From positions 11,656,001-11,720,000 of the forward strand of contig OU015566.1 of assembly GCA_907165135.1 (NCBI GenBank): a stretch of 64,000 nucleotides of DNA. Direction: 5' to 3'. A program made the position numbers and the translations under genes. Below, one piece after another: positions 39,452 through 50,200 of the stretch (the first letter of the stretch is position 1; each line of letters opens with the position of its first letter). Source of the stretch: Oikopleura dioica (Eukaryota; Animalia; Chordata). The notes beneath the pieces are model-generated. The model was given only the letters and a program-made list of their open reading frames with translations. It was not told where the DNA came from and did no database searches.

Positions 39452-40384
39452 TTAGCAAGTCAGGGCGTTGCTTTCGACAGTTCCGCCAGCGGTATTGATC
39501 GTATCAACTGCGCCGTCAAAGTCGCTGTCCAACGCCGCTGATGCAAGACCACTGTCGTTTTCGAGGCCGATGAGTACGTTGCATTGGAGGTAAGCAGTCT
39601 CGTCGTTCGCGTTGTACTTGAAGGCCTCGAAAGAAATTCCGGTGGTAAGCTTGCTGTAAGTCGAGTCAGCCGTGACCGAAGCGCCGACAGCTTCTTGAAC
39701 GCACTCTCCATAAGTGATGGTGATTGGATTGTTGGTGTATGAGTTTTCGGAATAGGCGACGCAATCTTTGACTGTGAGGAAAGCCCAGGTAGGTCCTGTG
39801 AACACGACATTGACTGTTTCGCCAAGCACCCAGGTGCTTGCGGTAGAGCCCGCATTGTCTTGGAGTTCGGCAGTGACCAAAGTATTGGTGTTGGAGTCAG
39901 AATATCCATCGAATGTCTCAGAAGCGGCGATGCCAACGTTGCCGACGTTAATGGAGAATTCGGTATCGTAAGTGCATGTAATGTCGAAAGAGAGAGCCCT
40001 AGCGACATCGATGACTTCATTTCCAGTGCCGAGCGTACGTTGAGCCCAAGTCTGTTGGCCTGCAACGGTGTATGTGCCGGTAATTTCGGTGGATGAAGTT
40101 TGGCTCATGGTGAGGTCATCCGTTATAGAGAAGTAGTCGTTGTTTTCGTGAGTCCAGCCGGCGGCTACGATCAAGGTCGCTACATTGGCAGCTAAATCGG
40201 CAGGCATCGCGTCGAAGAAATGCTCCATATCGGCTTCAATGGAAACAGTTCCATCATCATTGCAGATGAAAGAGAAGCCTGTACCAGGCTCGCAGCTACC
40301 GCTGCCAGTGGGGTCTGTCCAGCCAGTGGGGCAGGCAGCAGAAGCAAGACCAGCGACAAGGGTGAGACCGCCGAAAAGTTTCAT
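39452..40384 (-). CDS. Secreted ZP-domain-like protein, single exon, 310 aa
   Basis: Signal peptide, then ZP-like elements: LSFDITCTY, LGETVNV, LTVKDCVAY, ISFEAFKY, YLQCNVLI. No TM segment. Confidence 0.75.
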   Translation of the reverse strand: MKLFGGLTLVAGLASAACPTGWTDPTGSGSCEPGTGFSFICNDDGTVSIEADMEHFFDAMPADLAANVATLIVAAGWTHENNDYFSITDDLTMSQTSSTEITGTYTVAGQQTWAQRTLGTGNEVIDVARALSFDITCTYDTEFSINVGNVGIAASETFDGYSDSNTNTLVTAELQDNAGSTASTWVLGETVNVVFTGPTWAFLTVKDCVAYSENSYTNNPITITYGECVQEAVGASVTADSTYSKLTTGISFEAFKYNANDETAYLQCNVLIGLENDSGLASAALDSDFDGAVDTINTAGGTVESNALTC

Positions 40385-40718
40385 TTTTCTCTTTCTTTTT
40401 CAAAAAGAAATTCTAGCGAGCGAAAAAGAGTTTTTTGTTGGAAGGCTTAGAAGCGATGGTTGATGCATTTCGATAAACTCTCGAGGTTTTATACCACTGC
40501 TCGATTCGCTTGAGCGAACGGTGGTGGCGGAGGTAGAGGGGAATGGGGACGCTTGAGTGAGTAAAATTCCTCAAATTTGGTTCGACCTCTTTGCGCCTCA
40601 CTGACTGCTTATCAAGATGGACTCTTTTTTTAATTTTCTGCTTACTATGAGTGCTACTGTATTATATTCTCTCTTATTTCTATAAATACAGGCATCAAAA
40701 ATACATTTTATATTTCAA

Positions 40719-42422
40719 TCAGTCAAGAAAGTAATCGTTGAAGTATCTACCGAGAATAATTTTACGGACCTCAGTCGTTCCTGCACCGATTTCCATTAGT
40801 TTTGCATCTCTCATGTATCTGTTCACAGGATAGTCGTTCACGTAACCGTTACCACCAAGGATTTGAATGCCTTCTAGGGCAACTTTTGTGCATGTATCGG
40901 AGACAAACATGATGAGGGAGGCGCACTCGTGGTTCGTAATTGCTGTCAAAGAAGGTCAAAATGACTAAGTTTATTTGATAAAAATGTTTTGTAACCTTGT
41001 CTTCTGGATCTTGATCGGCACTCTTTAGCATACTGTAAAGATAAGCTCGACAGGCGGAGAGCGACGAATACATCTCGGCCATTTTTCCTTGCATTAGTTG
41101 AAACTTGCCGATCGGGCGCCCGAACTGCTTCCTTTCGTGAGCATAAGGAAAGGACTGATCAATCACAGCTTGCATAATACCAACGGGCATTGCTGAGCCC
41201 AGCAGTCTTTCAACATTCAAGCCTCGCATCAGAACAAAAGCTCCTGCCCCTTCGCCCAGAAGAATGTTTTCTTTCGGGACCTTTACGTTGTCGAAATGAA
41301 GATCACCGGTGGGAGAGCCTCGCATGCCCATTTTGTCGGGAATATGATTGGCAGTAAATCCTTCAGTTTCTTTTATCGGTTTTTGGTTCGAACTGGCTCA
41401 CTCGAGGTAAAAGATTCTGGATGAGCGAGCATGCTTGTTTTAGAAAATTCAAGCGCTACGGGTCACAGCCCGTTCCGAGAAAAAGCCGTTCCGGTGTCGA
41501 TTATAAACGCAGTGATGGAATTCCCCGCATTTGAAGATGGATCGGTCTTGGCGTAGCAGATAAGAGTATCGCAGATGGGTCCGTTTGTGATCCAGTACTT
41601 GTTCCCGTTCAAGACGTAGTAATCTTTGCCCGCTGGCTGAACAGCAGTAGTCCTCATACTCATCACATCAGATCCAGCACTTGGCTCGGTCATGGAAAGA
41701 GCGCCTATCTTTTCCCCAGAGATCAAATCTAAAGCATTAATCAAGAGAAACTCGGAAATAATGCCGGAACTCACCGGGTAGAAATTTCAATTTTTGTTCA
41801 TGAGTTCCATTTGCATCAAGAACACGGATATTAAGTGCGTTATGAGCTCTGTTAAAATGTCAATATTATTTCTATTTTCTCTACTCTACTAGAATAATAG
41901 ACACTTTCCCGTAAGACATAGAGATTGACGCAGACTTTCTGCTCAATTCCTCAGCAATTATCGCGGCAGACAAGAGCTCCATCGGGCCACTTCCTCCATA
42001 TTCTTCTGAGATGCCCGGACCATTGAGTCCCATTTTGCCCATCGTTTTCATAAAATCCCTGAAGCCGGGAAAGTCGTCATTTTTGTCAACATCGCGCAAT
42101 AAGGACTCGGGAAGCTCGCTTTCGAAAAATTTTCGAAATTGGTATCTCAGTGTGGCTTAGCTAGTAGCAGTTGGCCGCTAGCTCAATCTATTTTTAATGC
42201 TGTATAAATTTCAATCTGCTGTATAATTTATACAGTATAAATCAAGCTAGTAAGCTTTTCAGCAAGTCAGTTCCTAAGATCAATTTGTTCCTCGCTGACT
42301 CCGAACATCTTGTCCTCAATCGGAACATAATTGCTGGCGGCGCGCCTTAATCTGTGCTCCTTATTATTCCGAGATTTGAGGCGGAGAGGATTATTCAATA
42401 AGAATATTATCCGTTGCTCCAT
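40719..42422 (-). CDS. IVD: Isovaleryl-CoA dehydrogenase (acyl-CoA dehydrogenase family)
   Basis: [100 protein letters not shown]. Three GA-AG introns restore the alignment. Confidence 0.92.
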
Positions 42423-43048
42423 TTGGTACATTCAAAACGAAAACAACGTCTAAGAGACATGAGATAAGGAACACAATTCCTATATGTCGTTCGCGTGATT
42501 CTTTTCAACATCTCTCTACAGACTGTACTTATAAAGTACGAAATTTCCAATGCAGGGCGTTCACTTTGATAAACAGAAGAAGGATTGTTGACTTTATGAC
42601 ACATTTCATGCCTTTCTGATATGAAGATATTAGAAAAAACTAGAGTTTCCAACACATATGTTTTTATTCTCAATTTTTTTGACAATCAAATCGAAAAGAA
42701 AGATGAAAACAAAATAAAGTCAATGAGTGCAGATATAACTTGACGAAAATATGAAAAAATCGAGAAGGGATTTTCGGATGAAAGAAAAGAAAATCCTATT
42801 TACGTACGAACTTTTATATCGAAAAGAAAGCTGGTAAAATAAATCAATACTGCGCAAAATAACCTTTAGGGCGGAAATATGGAGGCACGTAGAAAGGGTA
42901 AAAGGCATCAGTGCAAAAAGGAAAAGGAGGCACTAAACATCAACGAGGAAGGAAGAAGTAAAAGTGGGAGGCAGTAAGAACAGGACTAGAGGAATGGAGG
43001 CACATAGAAGCGGTGAAAAAGGCATCGCGGAAAAACAGCCTGTTTTCC

Positions 43049-43733
43049 CTAAAAATTGCCACACTTGATTTGAGATGGCCTTCCGCAGATGCAGTCTTTA
43101 ACAATAAGATGGTCGAGGAACTTGTGCTCGTCGCTGTTGGAGTCTGCAATGAATCGCAAATACTTCGTGGGGTCTGTAACGGCAAAGCAGCTGTGCTGAA
43201 CCAACCTTAATTCCGGTTTCAGAAACTGTTTTTGTTAGAAAAATGAAGCTTACCCTATCTGATTGTGGACTTGTCGATGATGAAATGTTGATTGACATGT
43301 TCCGGCGCATGTTCCGATGTCAATGATTTTTTCAGCTTTTTTGACATCATTGGTGAGCCAGTTTGATAAAGAGTAGCTCGTATACTTCTCAATCACCTTC
43401 AAATATATTTTAGCTACATTTTTTATTAATAGTGTTTACATCGATTCTCAAGAAACGCTCATAGCGTTTGCATTCAGCGCTACACATCTGTTTTTTGGAT
43501 GATGGAAAAAGCAAAACATGACTGCGTCTTGCTCGTCGAATTCCAGAGTCCGCATCTGGAGTGAATCCAAAAAGAGTCTCGTAGCAAATTTTGGGAACAT
43601 GGCCATTGGTCTCAAGGCCTAAGATGTCGCCGCATGCGAGAATCGCCTGGATCGACTTTTCCAAGTCAACTTTTGCGAACACCAAGCGGGTCATTAAAGG
43701 AATCATCATCCTTAGAGTCATCGTGGGGAGCAT
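43049..43733 (-). CDS. Small secreted cystine-knot protein (TGF-beta/GDNF-like fold), three exons, about 197 aa
   Basis: Hydrophobic N-terminus and furin site RRARR. Two GT-AG introns (43398-43440, 43207-43252 approx.) join in frame to give C...CAGTC...C...CIC. Confidence 0.75.
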
Positions 43734-44824
43734 GTTTTATTATTTGTATTAAACTTATAAACTATACCAATATTTACTTTTCGACTCGCTTTTATGTGGT
43801 TACAGCGCCTTAATGCGCCCTCGATCGACGGTCGATAAGACAAGAGTTGTCCCCGATCCTTATGTTCAAATGATTACAAAATGACATGTAATCATTTCAT
43901 ATATTAACCATCGTTTGGCAAGTAATTCTTGTTTTATTGACTTTTGAAATCATGGAAGAGTCAGGAGTTGTGCTTGATTATATTCGATGTCAAATTCAAG
44001 GGCGGCGCTGCATCCCACTTGCACAAAAAAAGAAGCATACGAGACAATATTTCCACTTCAGTAAGAGACGTCCGGGCTTATTATTTTGTCCCGACCACAT
44101 GGTGTGTTTTCGATTTATCATTAATCCGGTTTAATGAAAATATTTTGAGTATTAGCGTAACAATCAAAATTTCCGCTTCAACTTCGTTGATTTCAGATGA
44201 AATCAAAATACTGTATCCTTGATACAATCATGAAGGAATACTACTCATCATGCCTGTAACAAGTAGGTTACAGGTAGAATCAGACAGGAAGGTACTGAGG
44301 TAGTTTGAGATATTTTCTTTTTTTCTCTGAGCCCCGTCGCCGATTTCATCATATGAAGGAGCATATAATATTTTCGCCACATTTACGCAACAGCGCCTTA
44401 TTTCCCCGTGGAGGACACTTGTCCCAACGACAGATATTTTGTAGAACTCATCAGAACTTGACGGGCCGAGTTAAGATTTATTGAAATATATTCTTATTGA
44501 CATTTAGTTCTATTAAAGGCGATATATGTATACGCATTAGGAAGAAATATCAAATTATTCATGCATCCGTATTGTCCGTGAAGACGACTGTCTTGACCAA
44601 TTATATTCACATGAACAATCTCAATAAAAGGTTGCACATGCAACCACTAAGCCATACAGACGACTGTCTTTTTTAGCTTCTTTTTGTCGCAGTTATATTC
44701 TGAATATAATTGTCTGTAAAACTGCTTCTACGGTATTCTAGGCAGCTTAGTTTATTTACAGATACTAGTGTAGGGCTCAAACACGTCGAACCCTTATGGT
44801 CAAAAGTATAAACTCTCTGATTAA

Positions 44825-45210
44825 GGGGGTAGAAACAGCTTTCTCGATTTTGGACTGTAGCTACATAAAAGAAACCGTTAGATTTATTTATGTTAACGGT
44901 TATTCCTCATAAATGCTCCTAGAAAAGAGGTTGAGGTTCACAAAACTATGAATGAAATTTGTTTAACTATCAGCTGACTCGAGATATTCGTGTTTGAAAA
45001 GTGGCGAAAATCGAGAATTTCGGAGAGATGAGTTGCTTCTTAGCCAGCTTACTCAAAAAATTGATGACTAAAAAAAATTTTGAGGGAGATGCTCCTAGAT
45101 CTAAGATGTTTCTATCTAAACCTGAAGAGAAAATTTGAAAATAAAAGATTCTTTTGTCTGTAACACCGGTCAAAAATCGCCTTTTTCGGAAAAAAGCTGT
45201 TTCTACCCCC
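44825..45210. mobile_element. MITE with TTAA target duplication (Kolobok-like), same family as 31268-31662
   Basis: 18-bp perfect TIR GGGGGTAGAAACAGCTTT, TTAA at 44821-44824 and 45211-45214. Internal blocks align with the first copy (e.g. TTTAYTTATGYTAACG...TTCCTCATARATG...CTAGAAAA; AGATCTAAG...GAAGAGARAATTTGAAAAT). Confidence 0.85.
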
Positions 45211-46429
45211 TTAATTTGAAAATTTAGTTTTTCCGAATAGTCCGAATCTTGTTAATCTTGTTGAGAGTCAGTTGGAGCACAGCTTATAAGTTGGTGGTAA
45301 ATGGTACTGCATAGTCTATGCAGCATAGAGACGCCCCTGGTGACCAGAGGACTGTGGATCGACTTATCGAACCCCAGACAAGTAAAAACTACCATTACCA
45401 CTAGGTATGAAACTTTCACGCTGAGAGGTAGCCGGCCCTTTCCCTGGACGCCATATTTAATTGTCCTCATCAAAAATAAAACTCGCCTAATTTCGTCAAT
45501 ATTTCAGTTGTTACGAATTATTGACGAAACGAGACTGGAACGCTAGAGGAGCATGGTACTAAAGGCTCGTCTCAGAGACGATGCCCTTCATTCGAATTAA
45601 GAAAGAAATTGTCGTTTATGTCTGAATTCTCCGTCGTTACAAAATCATCTGGAAATAGATAAATGCTCTTGATGCAATAGGAAATAGATGGGACTGCATG
45701 GAAGCACCGATCTCGCAATGCAACGATTCCGATATATCGTCCATATTTCGAAAAGAAAATGTAACTACGAAAGTCCTTTTCATAAATATGAAAATGAATA
45801 GAACAAATAATCTTCGAGAGCTCGACCGGCTTTTTGCTGAGAGTATTCTCCGACCCTCCACTCGCCAGGAAACGCTCCATATGAAATGGAGGATGTAACA
45901 TCCTGGATGTTCTAACAAATTTGTTCATGATACCAATATAAAGCATAACACCACTATCGGCTCAAAAATTTTAACCAGCTTTAATCCCAACCGGTAGTTT
46001 ATAGCATGAATTTTGAAGTTTTATTCCAATTAGCAGTCAAGTTAGTTGGGAGTTATTCAAATTATTCATCTTAACAGCTTCTATGGGAACCGAACATGAA
46101 TATGTGCTGAGATACGTTTATCGTATTGCATCAGCAATCTCCCATTAAAATAAATCCGAGTCTATCATATCAAGCATTCAACCAAAGACAAAGAAGTGAC
46201 AGAGAGCATGAACAGCAAACTTTATCCAAGATTTGTTATGAATATTTTTAACAAGAAAAGTGCATTTCAACCCATTTCGAGTAGAGAATTTTGAATAAAA
46301 GCTTTTCCCTAACCCTAGAGATAGAGAGAGAATGCACAGAGTCAAAATGAAACCGTGGCAGATATAGTAACTAAGATAGTCTCATAGATCAACATAGTTC
46401 CGAAGATTTTTCAATAATTTTGAATAACA

Positions 46430-46803
46430 AGGACAAAGCTGGACCCGACTTATGGGCTTTATTGGCGCATTTCTCGGATACATGAGCTACCTCGCTCTGC
46501 TTACTCACCATGTAACTCCCATTTTGTCCTTTCACAGCAGACTAAGACATTTTTTTCAGTCATCATCGGAAAGAGGCAACCGCAGAAACTTCGTCGGATT
46601 CAAGGAGATCGCCCTGGTATACGCGCCTAGCTGCATCCTCATGACATCACTCGCCAGCCTGCTTATCATGCAAATCGTGAGTGATATATGAATTCAAACC
46701 ACCGAGCTATATTTATAAAGACAAAACTTGGAATGAACAACGTTTTCTGGCGAATCCCCTGCTGCAGACTCCCAAATGGAGCCATCAACGAACGCGTCCT
46801 TTG
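46430..46803 (+). CDS. Possible orphan membrane protein exons (5' part unresolved, may include 45660-45897)
   Basis: Three GT-AG-joined segments read WTRLMGFIGAFLGYMSYLALLTHH|SSSERG...IALVYAPSCILMTSLASLLIMQI|TKLGMNNVFWRIPCC...*. Two hydrophobic stretches; no family recognised. Confidence 0.3.
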
Positions 46804-47235
46804 AATTCTTACTTCGAATAAATTTCCGATTTCATTAGATATGATTTCAGATCAAATATAAAGATAAAAGCGAAGAAGGATCCTTGAAAAAATGCTGATG
46901 CTGAAAATTTGATCCTCTTGCATTATGAAACTAATAAAGGAAGACAAAGCGCGGTAGGCACTCGAACTCTTCCCGGCATGCTCGAGTGCCATGGTGATGG
47001 ATCCTCGATTTCATCGTCTTTCTTTCATGCAACTTCGAGTAAAGAACACTTTTCCAGAGCCTTACTAATGAAGAGTTGTTGTTGAGATTGAGATTTTACT
47101 CCGCCCGATGTTTTAGAAAAGTATCGTTGTTGTTTTCAATTCTCCGATTTTTCTAGAACGTCATCCCAAGAGCGCGTGTTTTCAAAAAAAGGGTTCATTC
47201 GCGAAATCGCTCCCTGAACGACACAGTACGGTGCG

Positions 47236-50200
47236 ATGGGGGATCAAGACCCTAGGTAAGTACAGGTTCAAGCAGTTTATATTGAATATCAATCATTTTG
47301 GGAATTTTGGGACAATGGGATTTTTTTCAATGGGTATTTTTCAGATGGGATTTTTTCCAAGACTTTACGTTACGAACACTCAATCTCAAAGCCGACAAGT
47401 GGGGCAAGCTCGTCGGCAATGACGATCAAAAGCAGTTAATCCTCGATTTCCTCGAGAAGAAGGACAAACTCTGGCTCATTATTACCGCTCAGGGATCTGG
47501 TGCGCTCACTGCTTCCGAAATCCCCCCTGAGAGCTCAAAGACCAAGGGCGTCTTCTTCTTCAAGGTAAGATAACAGAAAGCGCTCTAGAAACTCAGCCTC
47601 TTTTTCAGCGCGAGGAAAAAACCATTCCAAAAGATAAAATCGCCGAATTGGTCTCCTTTGGTGACCTCTCCCAAATTCCACTTGACCATCTTTCCTCGTT
47701 CGTTGACGATGTCGTCGATGGCATCCTCTCATACAATGACAACTTCGCTACATGGCCCTCTGTCGTCTCCAGTGACGTCCAAGCTCATGTTCACAAGCTC
47801 AAATCTGAGGTTTATGAAATCAGCGGCAGTGTCAAAGGTAAACTTGCATTACAGACAATAAACAAATTTTGTTCTAGAGATCTTTTTTGACAAAATTTTT
47901 TCAGGACGAACTCTGCTTCCAATGCCAGCTGGAGTTGAAAATGTAAGCAGCGACGGCGATCTCTCGCACGTTCTCCACAAAATCGAAGGAATCATCATCA
48001 AATGGACTCATCAAGTAAAGAGCGTTTTGGAGCTCAAATCGGGACAGGCACTTATCGACGGAAAAAATCCAGGTAATTCTATACTATAGAATCTATAGTC
48101 TTTGAGCAAATTGAGAAAATTAATTGCAAAGTGAAAAAGCACGAGTTTCGATACTTATTGAAAATTTAAGGTCCCCAAGAAGAATTGAAATTCTGGGCTG
48201 ATCTTTCATCAAATCTCAACTGTATTTACGAGCAACTCGTCTCCTCCAAAGTCAAGAAAATGGGTCGCATCCTCAAGGAAAAAGACTCATCGTACTTCCA
48301 GTCGCTCATCGCTATGTACGACGATGTGCGCATTCACCTCGAAGAAGCTCGCGACATTTCCATGCATTTGAAGCCACTCAACTCCTTGTTGGACGATATC
48401 GAACAAACTGACATGTCAGAAGTCGAAAGAAAACTCTCTGCGCTGTACCATCTTATCGCCCTGATCTGGCGATCATGCGACTACTACAGAACACCCGCGC
48501 GAGTTGTCGTCCTCCTGCAAGAAGTCTGTAACTTCATCATCGAAATCACGAAGACCTTCCTCGACCCTGAAAACATCTTGAAAGGAGAGCTTGACGAATC
48601 CTTCGAACAAGTCAAAATCGCACAGAAAGTCCTCACCGACTTCAAGCGGCTGTACTTTGAATATCGCGAAAAATTGCCCACCTACTTCACTGATGGCGCC
48701 GAGCCTGTTCTTTGGGACTTCCGACCCGTCCTTGTCTTCCACCGATTTGACCGCTTCGCTAAGCGTGTCGACCTTCTTGCTGAGTTCTTCCAATCCTCAC
48801 TGATGCTGATGAATTTGGAGAAGGTTGAAATTGGTGGTACCCGTGGACAAACCCTTTCAGCTCAAGTTGTTGTACTCTTTGAAGAATTCCAGGAAAGGAT
48901 ATAATATTATATCATTTTAGAATAACGTACTCTTCCTTGATATCAACTCATATAAATCACCATAACTTGATTTTTATTACATTTCTAGTAATTAATTTGG
49001 TGTGCTTATTCATTCGAATTTTAATCCTTTTCGAAGGAACTTCACAAAAAAATGTCAGAAACCACTTTTGACCCTCTTGACCCAGATGATAATCAATTCG
49101 GAGGTCTTTACGCAATGTTCAAAGACAAACTTTACGATATGGACCGACGACTTGCATCGATTCTTTGCCAGGCCTTCGACGACTGCGCTAGTGTCGACCA
49201 GATGTTCAAGCTTCTTGCCATCGCTGGCAACTTGATCGAACGACCAGTTATCGCCGAAGACTTCAATCCTAAGTACAAGATTCTTCTTGAAACTTTCGAT
49301 GAAGAACTCAACACTTGCAAAGAAATTTACGACTGCTGCTATGAAGACCCACCTCTTCATAAGAATCAACCTCCAACCGCTGGCAAACTCAAGTGGGCAA
49401 ATGAGCTTCTTCGACGAATTCAAGAGCCAAGAGATCGATTCAATTTGGTTGACACTCCTCTCGTCCGAACTGAAGACGCTCAGATCATTTTCAAAAAATT
49501 CGAGCAGATGGTTGACCTCATCAAAGAATTCAAAAAGGAAACGTACGCAAAATGGATCGCTACCGTCGACGACGATTGTCAGTTCAATTTGTCGAAGCCT
49601 CTTCTCGAGCGTGATGCTGAAACGAATCTCATCTCAGTCAATTTCAACCCCAAGTTGGAAGCTGTTCTCCGCGAAGTCCGCTACTTGAACTTCATGGGCG
49701 AGGAGACCATTCCTGACTCCGCAGCCAAGCTTTACGAAAAGCACGACATCTTCCGACAGTGGATGTCTTCTCTTCGACAGACAGTCCACTGGTACAACAA
49801 AGTTCGAAAGACTGTCTTGGAAGTGGAATTCCCTCTTATCTCATCGCAACTGGACGAGATTGATCAAAAACTCAACCAGGGTGAAACCACTCTCGACTGG
49901 TCAGGCGACGTCTACGCTTACATCACTGAAATCTACAACGCCGTTTCCGATCTTGAAATTCGAGTTCAAAAGGCCAAGGATAATGTCATCAAGATCCAAG
50001 ACATCATGGATGTTTGGGCTCAAAGTCCTATCTTCGAAAGAAAACACGATTCGAAAGAACCTGGCCTTCTCAACCTCGGCGATCGAGCTGATCGACTCAA
50101 GAAACGTTACGACGCTATTACAGCTGATGGTCAGATGATCCACAGTCTCATCACTGAAAATGTTGGTTTCTTCAAAGCTTCTGAAGATTCCGACGAATGG

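Noticed and set aside
44370-44460. CTGATGAG...CGAAA on the minus strand (hammerhead-like core)
   Set aside because: The two core halves are about 75 nt apart, and I could not form stems I-III.
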